From: Phyllobates terribilis
Lineage: Eukaryota
NCBI RefSeq assembly: GCF_046119375.1
Contig: NW_027362765.1
Location: 170,252,001 to 170,316,000, forward strand
Reading direction: 5' to 3'
Length of the DNA stretch: 64,000 nt
Part shown: piece after piece, positions 28,366 through 41,565 of the stretch
Position numbering within the stretch: position 1 is the stretch's first letter
Layout of the letters: each line of letters begins with the position of its first letter
Translations under genes and position numbers: made by a program
Notes under the pieces: model-generated
The model's input: the letters and a program-made list of their open reading frames with translations, nothing else
What the model was told of the DNA's origin: nothing
The model's database searches: none

Positions 28366-31300
28366 CATCAGCTGCATTCACTGTAAATTGTAAAAATGAT
28401 AATTACAGTCAAAATAATCTGTATTAGTTTTTTCATCTTCAAAAAAATCACGGATGTCTTACATCTTTTTTATGGACTGACCAAAAAAAGTGGCCTGTTT
28501 TTACAGACTGTCCTGGAATTTCAGGACGATTGATAACTCTGCGTCCAAGGCCTGTGGAATAATACATTTCTATGTTCAGGGATCTTCCTGAAACTGAAGG
28601 TCAGATTTGTGGTGCAGCTCCTCTTCTTGATACGCTCATTACTTCCTGTGTTGTTACTTACTTGTCTTGGACTGACTCTGGGTTGGTGTGATGCGGAGCC
28701 TTTTCAAGAGTAGGATGTTTATATGTAAATTGCTCCATGTATGTAGTGTATGAGATATACGTGCCTTACCCTGTGTAGATTGCCGAGTAATCTCATCTCA
28801 AGGCTTACCTCATATGTGAGACTTCTGGCGTTTTTATATCTGACATTCTCAGTTGTCGGGTCTTTTGCTGAAAGTTACTTTATTTGTGATCGCAATGGAT
28901 ACATGAGTAGCTGTGGGGTTTCTGATTACCTTCTCTGGCACATTTCATATGTCTCAGATGGGATTTGTCTTAACTAAGAGATATCCTAGTTATGATGTGC
29001 CTGACTGTTTTAGGTTTGTTCTGCATGTGCGGGTATGGATCTATGTGTTGCTTTTACATGCAGTATACAGTATATGATCTCATATGTATAGGTTGTTATG
29101 TTCAATTTCTATTTAAAAGGTGTTTCCATTTATTTTTGTTTTAATCAGAGGCAAAATTATTGGGGTAAAATAAGAAAAAGAAGTTCAGCTTAACCTATGA
29201 GTCCTCTTCAGCGTTGCCTCTCAGATAGTTTTTGTCAGACCGCTAGTAAAGATGTCATAACTACCAGTCACCTGACGCCACTAATCAGTGTAAGGTCAGG
29301 AGACTGGTGATCGGGGCACCATCACTAATGGTCCAGTGGAGATTATCTGGGCAGCAACAATGGAGCATGGAGTGGATTCCTGGGGTAAGAACAACTTCTT
29401 TTATCCCAATGCCCTCCCCTGACATTTTTTTTAATTTTTTTTAAAAGGTTACAAAACTTCTCTAAAATGTTGAGAGAAAGTAAAGTATCAGGACTTCTTG
29501 AGTAAGGTTAATAAGGTTATACATCTGAGATAACTATCAGCCAACAGATCAAATGCCCCCATATATATTACAGGAAAATCATCCACACCTGAGCCTTGGC
29601 AGACCATCTAATGTGTATGGGGACCCCAGATATCATCTGTTGGTTGCGAAAATTATTCACGGTTTAAGATTAATTTCCGATGCTTTTGTTCTGCAAGTAG
29701 ATAAGCTAATGAGACTTGTAGGGGTTAAGGGCTCATTTAGAAAGGCCTACTGTGGCCGCTAAATGACCCCCATATGCAAGCTAATTGGCAGTTGTTTAAA
29801 AGCCTGTCAAGATGGGCCGACAGCACTTCCATGTGTATTGTACAATTGTTAACTTGCTCACATGTGGTGACATGCTGCAAAAACAATGATTTTTAAGTTT
29901 ACTTAAAATCATCTCACCCGGCGAACAAACATTTTACTAATTTGTCTCGTGATTGCCGTCCTGTTTAGACAGGCCAATAATCGGGAATCGAAAGTTTCTA
30001 GGAAGGCTCCTTCGTGTTTATCATCCTAAGTGGGCCCTTACTTCACTCTCCCCATTTAGCACATGAATAGGGAGTCAGAAGAGACACCTGTTGGCTGAAT
30101 GAGCTAATCTGGGCACGTTAAAATGGCTGGCTACCTTCGCGATACATTTATAGCTAGCCTTCTAGCCTTTACTGGTGGTCTGTAAACTATGGAGCCCCAA
30201 CTGTTGGAAATCTATAATTATAAGCATGCAAAAATAACTGGCTGTAGTCAGTGCATAGGATGGAGACCACCCATTTACTACATCATACTACTCCTGAAAT
30301 ATCAATAAAGTAAAAGGTGTAGCACTTTTTTTTTTTAAACATCAACAATGTCCCTGCCGTACATAAATAGTTAATAACCCTTTAAACATCTATTTTCCTC
30401 CAACATGTGGTTTCTAATAAAGAGCCTGTTAAATCTCTCTCTGGGCAGAGCACATTCCACTAGGTGTGAATTCCTAACAGCGGCCAACTTTCCGGCAACC
30501 ACTGGGACAACACATAAACAGTGGTATTAAATATAACACTCCCCTCCCCCACTGTTATCTTTTCATACAGTACATAATAGATCATTTATTCTCATATTGC
30601 AATTAGTATGATATGTCTTATCATCGCTGCTCTCTTATGTACTGGGAATTATCCGCGGACTCTAGAGACTGAGGGGTCGGGTAATTTGCAACCTCTACAA
30701 GTATTATTGCTATAGCACATAGCCAGTCCGTAGTCATGTGCTTTATGTTATATACTCTGTTGCAAGCTATGCTTTGGAAGCACAAGTGTGATGTACCTAG
30801 GTATTATAGACGTAATGACACCGCCAGATTGTTCCCTGGTATCAGCCACTTTAGATGGTTGAAAGGCTTATTTAAGGCTGGGTTCACATCATGCATCATT
30901 CTGTTTCACTCTTTTCTGGAAAACCATCTGTTCCCATCACACAGACCAGTGTTTCCCAAACTCCCGTCCTCACGGCCCCCAACACATCATGTTTTCAGGA
31001 TTTCTTTAGGGTTGTACAGGTGAGGGAATTATCATCAAGGCGTCAGAAATTGCTCCAGGCTCTCTCACCTGAGCAATACTAAGGAAATCCTGAAAACATG
31101 ATCTGTTGGGGGGTGTGAGGACAAGGTTTAGGAAGTACTAACTGGGATCAACTTGCTTTTCCATCTGTTATTTTAAAAAAAAGTTTGATGGAAAATATAA
31201 TGGAAGTCCGGCTATAAGGAGGACCTAAGTGTTCTTCAATGAGAAGGGAAAATCCTTGGCCCTAGCTATCACTATTTGATTTCTAAATTGTCCAGTTCTG

Positions 31301-31704
31301 TGTTTGTGGGAGATTCTTTGTAATTTTAGAATTCAGTGGCATAGAATTGAGGGAAGCAAAGGGCAGTTACCCCAGGATCAAAAGTCTATGAGGTCGGAAA
31401 ATTTTACCACTCTCTCCTCTCTACTGAGGCAACACCCCACTGTTAAATGATCGCTGTTGCAGGCACCGCTTCTTGGTGTAGTGTAGTGAGTGAATGCCCA
31501 ATGCTGCCTAAAGGGATCCCGACAGCTGATACATACTGCCCTATCCACGGGCAGAATGTATCCGTCACAATGCCTGTATGATCTCAGCCAAGTATTTTTA
31601 ACTCTGAAATGCTGTGTTTTGGAGAAGTTGTGTAATATAGCTGATGGCAAGAAGGAACTGAAGTAATTTTGTGAAACATGTAATCCCTATAAAACTAACA
31701 TCTT

Positions 31705-32011
31705 ATTTTTCAGATGGTACACTCTCCATGCTACTGTCCATCATAGTCCTTTAGCCCCTCTGAACCTCCTAAGACATAGATCTTGTGAAGGAAGATGCCA
31801 GGCCGGGTTTAGATAACTCCATACGTGCTGGCTGCATAACTGGAGGCAACTCTTTGGTTATTTGAGAGATGGGTATCTTGTCTTGGCACAACCCATCAGT
31901 GCCTGGATTTCTGAGGACTCTCTCAAACTCAATCATGCTACGAAGCTGTGGAGGTGTTGCCATGCGATCCATCTTGGAGGAGAGGTCTGCTGGCTTGAAG
32001 ATAGGCAGTGG
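31705..32011 (-). pseudogene. Partial duplicate of TCAP exon 2 (3' coding part and start of 3' UTR) with premature stop
   Basis: Gap-free match to 34877-35183 at a constant offset of 3172; about 7 substitutions by manual count. CAG>TAG truncates ...RSMS*. Confidence 0.92.
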
Positions 32012-33415
32012 TGGTTTGAATGATACTGGGCCCGACCTGCCGCATGGCGTCAGGCAGAGCAGGGACCAGCATACACGGCCGGGAGCGTCTATTTAATGGT
32101 TCAAATGAGGCGCCCACTCACATCACGCAGCCGCTCCTAGCCGGCAGCGGCGGCCCCATATTGTCACCACTGCATGCAGTAAATGATGCAGGGCCTGCCC
32201 TGCTTCATGATCCGGAATACAGGGTCGGGGGTACGGGAGTGAGGTGAGTATGTGTTGTGTTTTTTTATTATTATTAATATATATATATTGGCTATGGGAG
32301 GCTCATACTGTATATAAGCAGCTATGGGGGGCTCATACTGCATATAGGCAGCTATGGGGGGTTCGTACTGTATATAAGCAGCTACGGGGGTTCGTACTGT
32401 ATATAGGCAGCTATGTGGGGGCTCATACTGTATATAAGCAGCTATGTAGGGCTCCTACTGTATATAGGCAGCTATGTGGGGCTCCTACTGTATATAAGCA
32501 GCTATGTGGGGGTTCATACTGTATATAGGCAGCTATGTGGGGGTTCATACTGTATATAGGCAGCTATGTGGGGAATCATACTGTATGTAGGGGGCTATGG
32601 CTATGTAGGGGCATATTGCGTGGGCCTGTGAGCGGTTATCCTCATTGCAGTATGGCTTATGGTCTCCTTTTCTTGTTCTGATTGAAGGAATCCCCTGATC
32701 AATTTCTGAATGACCAAAAGAGGGGAAAAGGCGTTAGAAGAAGATGCCATTAAACTAAGTACACAACTTCTTAGGCCATATAGGGTCTATATACGGTATA
32801 TATAATAGTCCATGTCCATAGAAACGTGTCTATGAGGTATATGAGTTTTCAAATTAGCTAAATAAAGAGAATTTTTTAAGTTTTTTTTTGTTATGGTTTA
32901 CATGTATAAGGGCCCCATAGGTTGATTCGTTTGGTTGTTTGAGGGGGCTATCTGAGGTTTCATATTGTATGTAAGGGCTATGTGGGAGCTCATACTGTAT
33001 ATAGGGGGATGTCAGCATACTTAATTCTGCTCAATATTAAGTCATACAATTAATGTAAAAAATAATTATAATTAATATGTTAATATTGAGCAGAATTAAT
33101 TCAACCTATTGGCTCGGCATCCACAACAGTCAGGGTCTCTCATGTAGCCCCTTCGGGAAAATTAATTTCCCACCCCTGCTTTATTATGTATAGTACTATA
33201 TTATGTATAGTGCTGTACATAAGGGAAAAATTTGCACGGTGCACATAGCGCACCGCTATCTCTGTCATTTTCAATCTACAGATGTGCACCAGAGCATGTG
33301 TTACTCACATGACCTATCACATGACCTATCACATGACCTATCACATGATCGAGTACCTGGGGGGGCCACACCTTCTAAACTGCCCGGGGCCCTGGCTTCT
33401 CTTAATCCACCCCTG
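32006..33415. mobile_element. Non-autonomous hAT-like element with internal 30-31 bp tandem repeat
   Basis: Imperfect TIRs CAGTGGTGGTTTGAA / reverse complement CAGGGGTGGATTAAG; no 8-bp TSD recognisable. Confidence 0.6.
32290..32605. repeat. 30-31 bp tandem repeat, about 10 copies
   Basis: Unit approximately GCAGCTATGTGGGGGCTCATACTGTATATAG. Confidence 0.9.
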
Positions 33416-34142
33416 ACTAAGGTAATGAAATTGTTACATGAAACAAGTGTAATAAAAATAAAAAGCAAAAAAAAAACATACAACTTTTTATTTGTAAAAT
33501 TCTAGGTCTGATTTTAGTAAAAAGCAGATTACAACATATAGTATGTGTTTGCCATACAATGAGTTCAGTACTGGACTGGTGGAATGGATTCAGGGAGTGA
33601 TAACTATTCAGGGGTCCGACAGAGGATGCTAAGTAATTGTCAGGCATTTGTAACATGTACTTTGCCACTGTAATAATCTGATGTGAATGACCACTGACAA
33701 AAAGTAACTATATAACCATTTTATTACATCATAAATATGACAATCATTAGTAAGTAACACAAACATAATACAGAAAAATAGACTTTATTACATATCTACA
33801 TATACCACTGTGCAAAGTATTTGTAATCCAAAGCAACATATAATCTGTGTTCATTACTACACAGGATTGACCCCATTAAAGGCCCAGAGAATTCGCATTT
33901 GGTAGCTTATAATTAATTTTGACAGATAAGCCCCAGCTATACATAGAATTGACTAAACACCCATCGAATGACCCCAAAGTCTTCAGATCTTTCTTTCACA
34001 CCTTTGAACTTCCTAAGTCTGCTACATGTAGCTTATTTACTGAAATGAGAAATAAGAAAGACTAAAAATAGGATGCAGCTCATAAATTCATGGGCAAACT
34101 AGCAAAAGCAACCCAGGAAAAAACTTTCAGCAATAAGGTGCT

Positions 34143-34340
34143 ATCCTTTAGGATCCAGTTATAACATCATATCCTTTAGGATCCAGTTATAACATCCTAT
34201 CCTTTTAAGATCCAGTTATAACATCCTATCCCTCATGAACAAGTTACAATATCCTATCTTCTGGTACTAGTTATAGCAATTATCCTTTAGGACCAGTTAT
34301 AATATTCTATCCCTCTGGAACAGTTATAACATCCTATCCT
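34143..34340. repeat. About 28-bp degenerate tandem repeat, about 7 copies
   Basis: Unit approximately ATCCTTTAGGATCCAGTTATAACATCCT, decaying rightwards. Confidence 0.8.
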
Positions 34341-34922
34341 TCAGCTTCCTCTTCCATGGCCTCTCCATGCCTAATACTTTCTAATGCCAATTCGTTTTGC
34401 ATTTCAACTATCTACCTGTATCCTATGTCCAATGACTTATTGTTTATGGACATGAGAAAATTCAAGTACCACAACCATATCTTCCTCTGAACCACCAATT
34501 TCTACACATGACATTAAGAACCTTCTCAAGAACAATGAAGAGATGGGTGAACGTTCCACCTCTCACTGCAAAGCCGATATTCTAACCTAACAAGACTTTG
34601 GGTTTATTGACTTCCAACATTTGTAGCAGATAACAAAGGAGCTGACGTTCAGCACTGTAAAATGATGATCCGATACATTAATGTAATACAATGATTTCCA
34701 GATACAAATATTACTTTCCTATGCAATATTCCTACCACAATCTGAGCAATTTGTCTATAAATTAGTTTGCTAATGGACATTTTGCTTCTGGGCATAAACT
34801 CAGTAACTGAGATTCTAGTGCAAACACAATGCAGACACAAACTGCATTCAAAAACTGACCTTCCTAGGACTAATACATTTTTCAGATGGTACACTCCCCA
34901 TGCCACTGTCCATCATAGTCCT

Positions 34923-35340
34923 TTAACCCCTCTGAACCTCCTGAGACATAGATCTTGTGAAGGAAGATGCCAGGCCGGGTTTAGATAATTCCATACGTGC
35001 TGGCTGCATAACTGGAGGCAACTCTTTGGTTATTTGAGAGATGGGTATCTTGTCTTGGCACAACCCATCAGTGCCTGGATTGCTGAGGGCTCTCTCAAAC
35101 TCAATCATGCTACGAAGCTGTGGAGGTGTTGCCATGCGATCCATCTTGGAGGAGAGGTCTGCTGGCTTGAAGATAGGCAGTGGCAGTGTCCTCATGTAGG
35201 GCAACTGATATTGAGTAAGGCGGTGACCAATGCGACCCATTTTCATAACCTGAGCTGGAGAACGTTGAACAAGGAAATGTGTCTTGCCCTGCTGTCTGAA
35301 GCTTTCTCTTCTCCAAATGTTGGCATCACGAGCATTGCAG
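34923..35340 (-). CDS. TCAP: TCAP exon 2 (coding part)
   Basis: 418 nt within ORF 34923-35366; acceptor tgtcattcag. Confidence 0.95.
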
Positions 35341-35740
35341 CTGAATGACAGAAAAATGGGAATCAATCACATCTTCTATGTAATATTACACATTAGATTA
35401 AATGATACTTTTTCATTTGTATCGATAATATCTGTAAAGCGCTGTGTAATTAATGGCCCTATATAAGTGACTAAAATAAATAAATGATTAAATAAAAATA
35501 TCTCTAGATTTCAGTGCCATATATTGGTCCTCAATAAAATGTAACTTTCCAACATAGTGGAGTTCAGGTGGCTGTGAGGCATTAGATGTCATCTATCTGT
35601 CTACTAGTTATAACTTCATTGGATCAATTGTCTCACCTTTCCTCTGGTCTACTGAAGACTGATGTATCCAGCCACTCTGCGGAGTAGTGCTCCCGTTGGG
35701 CCAAGTTGTCTTCCTTCACTTGACAGCTTAGCTCAGCCAT
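34923..35740 (-). CDS. TCAP: Telethonin (titin-cap), 2 exons: complement(join(34923..35340,35637..35740)), 522 nt, 173 aa
   Basis: MAELSCQVKEDNLAQREHYSAEWLDTSVFSRPEE|SCNARD...LVQRSP...YQLPYMRTLPLPIFKP...ITKELPPV...RSMSQEVQRG*. This aligns with human telethonin (ELSCEVSEEN, RPEEGC, VQRSP, YQLPY, LPLPIF, ITKQLPPV, RSMSQEAQRG). GAAAG|gtgag donor and ttcag| acceptor, phase 2; strong Kozak context. Confidence 0.96.
35637..35740 (-). CDS. TCAP: TCAP exon 1 (coding part; missed by the ORF track)
   Basis: 104 nt, ATG at 35740, donor gtgaga at 35636. Confidence 0.93.
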
Positions 35741-35872
35741 AGTGCTGCCCTCTTCATGTGTCTCTGACTTCCCTACCATCTTGCGTTAAGTGTGTGTTAA
35801 CAGGTTACAGTAGTTTTTGCAGTGCGTTTCCTCCCCTTGTTCTTGTTCTCCCCTATAGTGTTATGTCCTGGG

Positions 35873-35886
35873 TTTATATACACTTG
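35873..35886 (-). promoter_or_regulatory. Putative TCAP TATA box with adjacent E-box/NKX-type site
   Basis: Minus strand reads CAAGTG-TATATAAA, about 135 nt upstream of the ATG; motif match only. Confidence 0.45.
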
Positions 35887-36236
35887 GCTGCATCTATTTT
35901 CATTCTGCTTTGTAACAATCTATATCTATCCACAGAGTCATCCTCACCCCCCTCTAACCCCTCACTCCCACACAGTGACCACTGACTGACACACAGGACA
36001 GATATGGAACTGTGCCCAGACGTCACTGTTTATGGGAACATGCTCACTGCAGCAAGATGCGGGCATTGCTATTCATTTTGTCATCAGATCAAAGTTACAC
36101 AGTTCCCAGCACAGGTTGTGCTCATTATGCCATCTGTTATCAACTACTACTGAGGTTCCTAACTCAGGATATGGCAACCAGATTTTTGCAATGATCTCCT
36201 GACTATAGACTATCAGGACTGGATCACACTGTGCTG

Positions 36237-36237
<1 letters not shown>

Positions 36238-36286
<49 letters not shown>
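36238..36286. repeat. (TA)n microsatellite
   Basis: About 24 TA units. Confidence 0.95.
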
Positions 36287-36291
<5 letters not shown>

Positions 36292-37916
36292 TACAGACTA
36301 AAAGTTTGGACAAACCTTCTCATTTAAAGATTTTTCTGTATTTTCATGACTATGAAAATTGTACATTCACTCTGAAGACATCAAAACTATGAATTAACAC
36401 ATGTGGAATTATATAATTAACAAAAAAGTGTGAAACAACTGAAAATATGTCTTATATTCTAGGTTCTTCAAAGTAGCCACCTTTTGCTTTGATGACTGCT
36501 TTGCACACTCTTGGCATTCTCTTGATGAGCTTCAAGAGGTAGTCTCCGGAAATGGTTTTCACTTCACAGGTGTGCCCTGTCAGGTTTAATAAGTGGGATT
36601 TCTTGCCTTATAAATGGGGTTGGGACCATCAGTTGGGTTGTGCAGTAGTCAGGTGGATACACAGCTGATAGTCCTACTGAATAGACTGTTAGAATTTGTA
36701 TTATGGTAGAAAAAAGCAGCTAAGTAAAGAAAAACGAGTGACCATCATTACTTTAAGAAATGAAGGTCAGTCAGTCCGAAAAATTGGGCAAACTTTGAAA
36801 GTGTCCCCAAGTGCAGTTGCAAAAACCATCAAGCGCTACAAAGAAACTGGCTCACATGGGGACCGCCCCAGGAAGGGAAGACCAAGAGTTATCTCTGCTT
36901 CTGAGGATAAGTTTATCCAAGTCACCAGCCTCAGAAATCACAGGTTAACAGCAGCTTAGATTAGAGACCAGGTCAATGCCACACATTTCTAGCAGCAGAC
37001 ACATCTCTACAACAACTGTTAAGAGGAGACTTTGTGCAGCAGGCCTTCATGGTAAAATAGCTGCTAGGAAACCACTGCTAAGGACAGGCAACAAGCAGAA
37101 GAGACTTGTTTGGGCTAAAGAACACAATGAATGGACATTAGACCAGTGGAAATCTGTGCTTTGGTCTGATGAGTCCAAATTTGAGATCTTTGGTTCCAAC
37201 CACCGTGTCTTTGTGCGACGCAGAAAAGGTGAACGGATGGACTCTACATGCCTGGTTCCCACCGTGAAGCATGGAGGAGGAGGTGTGATGGTGTGGGGAT
37301 GCTTTGCTGGTGACACTGTTGGGGATTTATTCAAAATTGAAGGCATGCTGAACCAGCATGGCTACCACAGCATCTTGCAGCGGCATGCTATTCCATCCGG
37401 TTTGCGTTTAGTTGGACCATCATTTATTTTTCAACAGGACAATGACCCCAAACACACCTCCAGGCTGTGTAAGGGCTATGTGACCAAGAAGGAGAGTGAT
37501 GGGGTGCTACGCCAGATGACCTGGCCTCCACAGTCACCAGACCTGAACCCAATTGAGATGGTTTGGGGTGAGCTGGACCGCAGAGTGAAGGCAAAAGGGC
37601 CAACAAGTGCTAAGCATCTCTGGGAACTCCTTCAAGATTGTTGGAAGATCATTTCCGGTGACTACCTCTTGAAGCTCATCAAGAGAATGCCAAGAGTGTG
37701 CAAAGCAGTCATCAAAGCAAAAGGTGGCTACTTTGAAGAACCTAGAATATAATAATATTTTCAGTTGTTTCACACTTTTTTGTTAAGTATATAATTCCAC
37801 ATGTGTTAATTCATAGTTTTGATGCCTTCAGTGTGAATGTACAATTTTCATAGTCATGAAAATACAGAAAAATCTTTAAATGAGAAGGTGTGTCCAAACT
37901 TTTGGTCTGTATTGTG
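36287..37916 (+). mobile_element. Full-length Tc1 (family D, copy 1), transposase disrupted
   Basis: TIRs of about 200 bp (CAGTACAGAC[C/T]AAAAGTTTGGAC...). Transposase split into ORFs 36696-36959 and 36976-37752 by a frameshift, a stop and a small deletion. Motifs WSDESKF, FQQDNDPKH, SPDLNPIE. Confidence 0.95.
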
Positions 37917-37956
37917 TATATATTTATAAATAAATAAATAAATATATATAAATATA

Positions 37957-38681
37957 CAGGGTGGTCCAAAAGTAGGTGGACAGAAAGTGTAATAAGGTTA
38001 TGAAGGGGGAGATTTATCAAACACTAAATTGCAGCTGCCTGTCTGGATCATCCTCCAATAAACCATGAATTAGACGTGGACGATAAGCTTTCCACCCAAT
38101 AGATTTCAGGATTCGCAGGATAGAAGCTTGTGAAATTCCCAATTCCAAAGAGGCTCTTCTGGTGAACTTTTTTGGACTCTGAACAAATGTTTCAGCAACA
38201 AGTTGCTTATTATCTTCTGTACAGACTGTTTTGGGTCGACCAGTTTTTGGAGCATTAAGGATTGAGCCAGTGGCATTGAATTGGTCACGAATGCGGTAAA
38301 TGGTTTGTCTCTTTGGGTCATGAGTAGCAAATGTTTCAACCCAATTTGCTCTAACGGTTTCAGCATTTTGAGATTTCCAATAATCCATTTTCTTTAATCT
38401 GTATTTAAATTATTTGCCATTATGTGTTATCTGAATTATCTGAAAAGAAAAAAGATTTGGGGGACATCTATCTGTGAAAACTAGATCTGTGAAACTGTCT
38501 CAGTTGCCCTTAGCAACCAATCAGATTCCACCTTTCATTTTCCAAAGAGTCTGTGAGGAATGAAAAGTGGAATCTGGTTGCTAAGGGCAATTGAGCCAGT
38601 TTCACTTTACACCATGTTTGATAAATCTCCCCCTTCATAACCTTACTACACTTTCCGTCCACCTACTTTTGGACCACCCTA
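37957..38681 (-). mobile_element. Internally deleted Tc1/mariner-superfamily element
   Basis: TIRs of about 65 bp (CAGGGTGGTCCAAAAGTAGGTGGAC...). Minus ORF 38017-38388 encodes a transposase N-terminal HTH region (QTIYRIRDQFNATGS...GRPKT...RRASLELGIS); no DDD/E domain. Confidence 0.8.
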
Positions 38682-38696
38682 TATATATATACATGT

Positions 38697-38743
<47 letters not shown>

Positions 38744-38746
<3 letters not shown>

Positions 38747-41515
38747 TGCTCAAAAAAATAAAGGGAACACTACACTTAAACAACAGAATATAGCTCCAAG
38801 TAAATCACACTTCTGTAAAATCAAACTGTCCACTTAGGAAGCAACACTGATTGACAATCAATTTCACATGGTGTTATGCAGGTGGAATAGACAATAGATG
38901 GAAATTCTTGGCAATTATCAAGACACACTCAATAAAGGAGTGGTTCTGCAGGTGGGGACCACAGACCACATCTCAGTACCAATGCTTTCTGGCTGATGTT
39001 TTGGTCACTTTTGAATGTTGGTTGTGCTTTCACACTTGTGGTAGCATGAGACGGACTGTACAACCCACAGAAGTTGCTCAGGTAGTGCAGCTCATCCAGG
39101 ATGACACATCAATGCGACCTGTGGCGAGATGGTTTGCTGTGTCTGTCAGCGTAGTGTCCAGAGGCTGGAGGCGCTACCAGGAGGCAGGCCAGTACACCAG
39201 GAGACGTGGAGGGGGCCGTAGGAGGGCAACAACCCAGCAGCAGGACCGCTACCTCCGCCTTTGTGCAAGGAGGAACAGGAGGAGTACTGCTAGAGCCAGG
39301 GCTGGCTCCAGGTTTTTGTGGGCCCCGGGTGAAAGAGTCTCAGTGGGCCCCTTTAGCACATATCACAATTCATGATACACAGATACGGCGGGGAAATATA
39401 GGTATACAACACAGGGCTCAGCCTGCCACCTCATCCTTCACATATACAAACATGCACGCACATACACAGTACGCAGACATGCACACACACACACACAGTA
39501 TGCAGACATGCATGCACACACACAGTACTCAGACACGCACGCACACAGTATGCAGACACGCACACACACACAATACGCAGACACGCACACACACAATACG
39601 CAGACACGCACACACACAATACGCAGACATGCACACACACAATATGCAGACACACACACATACACAATACGCACACACACACACAATACGCAGACACACA
39701 CAATACGCAGACACGCGCACACACAATACGCTAACATGCACACAATACGCAGACACGCGCACACAGTGCACAGACATGCGCATGCACAAGGTACGCAGGC
39801 ATGCACACACATACACACATGAACATGGTACACAGATATACACACACAATAAGCAGACATGCACAGATACATACACATACATATTTGAACACATTCTTAA
39901 AAACACATATAAACCAGACATAAATATATATACACAGTCATAATCACGGACATACACAGAAATTCACATCATACATGCACACACACATAAGAAATATTTT
40001 TTATATGTGGATTGGGGAAGCTCGCTCACCTGCCTCCTGGCCTGTGTCCCGTCCAGCTCTTCAGTCATGTGGCAGTGCAGGGCCTCAGGCCTGTCACATG
40101 GCCCTGGACCATCAGGGGGGCCCACTCGCCGTCAGGGCCGGGGCCGCTTCCCCGGCATTTGTGCAGGACCGCCGATGCTGTTCAAGCAGGTGCGACACAC
40201 AAGCACAATTAAAGGCGCAGTGTCACCCCTGCGTGTCATTACTACCAGACACAGCCGCACTGCGCACAGCGTGCGGCCATGTCTTCAAAGTGACAGCACT
40301 GGGCCTGATTGGTGGAGCAGCAGCACACTGACCGCACACTGCTGCTGCTGCATGTAGCAAAGCTTGAACAGCATCGGCGGCCCTGCACAGATGCTGGGGA
40401 AGCGGCCCGGGCCCCGATAATGAGTGGGCCCCCCTGATGGCACTTGCCCGGGTACGCCGGGGGCTGACGCCGGCCCTCGCTAGAGCCCTGAAAAATGACC
40501 TCCAGCAGGCCACAAATGTGCATGTGTCTGCACAAACGATTAGAAACTGACTCCATGAGGGTGGTATGAGGGCCCGACGTCCACAGATGGGGGTTGTGCT
40601 CACAGCCCAACAACATGCAGGACGCTTGGCATTTGCCACAGAACCCCAGGATTGGCAAAGTCGCCACTGTCGCCCTGTGCACTTCACAGATGAAAGCAGG
40701 TGCACACTGAGCACATGTGACAGACGTGGCAGAGTCTAGAGCCGCCGTGGAGAGCGATCTGCTGCCTGCAACATCCTTCAGCATGACGGGTTTGGCAGTG
40801 GGTCAGTAATGGTGTGGGGTGGCATTTCTTTGGAGGGCCATACAGCCCTCCATGTGCTCGCCAGAGGTAGCCTGACTGCCATTAGGTACCGAGATGAGAT
40901 CCTCAGACCCCTTGTGAGACCATATGCTGGTGCGGTTGGCCCTGGGTTCCTCCTAATGCAGGACAATGCCAGACCTCCTGTGGCTGGAGTGTGTCAGCAG
41001 TTCCTGCAAGATGAAGGCATTAAAGCTATGGACTGGCCCGCCCGTTCCCCAGACCTGAATCCGATTGAGCACATCTGGGACATCATGTCTCGCTCCATCC
41101 ACCAACGTCACGTTGCACTACAGACTGTCCAGGAGTTGGCGGATGCTTTAGTCCAGGTCTGGGAGGAGATCCCACAGGAGACCATCCGCAACCTCATCAG
41201 GAGCATGCCCAGGCATTGTAGGGAGGTTATACAGGCACGTGGAGGCCACACACAATACTGAGCCTCATTTTGACTTGTTTTAAGGACATTATATCAAAGT
41301 TGGATCAGCCTGTAGTGTGTTTTTCCACTTCAATTTTGGGGGTGACTCCAAATCCAGGCCTCCATTGGTTAATAAATTTGATTTCCATTGATGATTTTTG
41401 TGTAATTTTGTTGTCAGCACATTCAACTTTGTACAGAGCAAAGTATTCAATGAGAATATTTCATTCATTCAGATCTAGGATGTGTTATTTGAGTGTTCCC
41501 TTTATTTTTTGAGCA

Positions 41516-41518
<3 letters not shown>
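38744..41518 (+). mobile_element. Tc1 (family C) with transposase split by a hAT-like insertion
   Basis: TIR CACTGCTCAAAAAAATAAAGGGAACAC / GTGTTCCCTTTATTTTTTGAGCAGT between (TA)n tracts. The reading ...RRNRRSTARA|LKNDLQQ rejoins across the insertion. C-terminal ORF 40809-41261 has VWGGIS, QDNARP, WPARSPDLNPIEH. Confidence 0.93.
39297..40478 (+). mobile_element. Non-autonomous hAT element with CA-rich core
   Basis: Perfect 8-bp TSD GCTAGAGC (39289-39296 / 40479-40486); TIRs CAGGGCTGGC / GCCGGCCCTC. Confidence 0.9.

Positions 41519-41562
<44 letters not shown>

Positions 41563-41565
<3 letters not shown>

Noticed and set aside
31769-31972. Second functional TCAP gene
   Set aside because: It has no exon 1, no splice acceptor and no titin-binding N-terminus, and it carries a nonsense codon; kept only as a pseudogene fragment.
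39206-39957. 245-aa and overlapping ORFs rich in HTHT/CVCV
   Set aside because: Same CA-rich core, inside the element bounded by the GCTAGAGC TSD.
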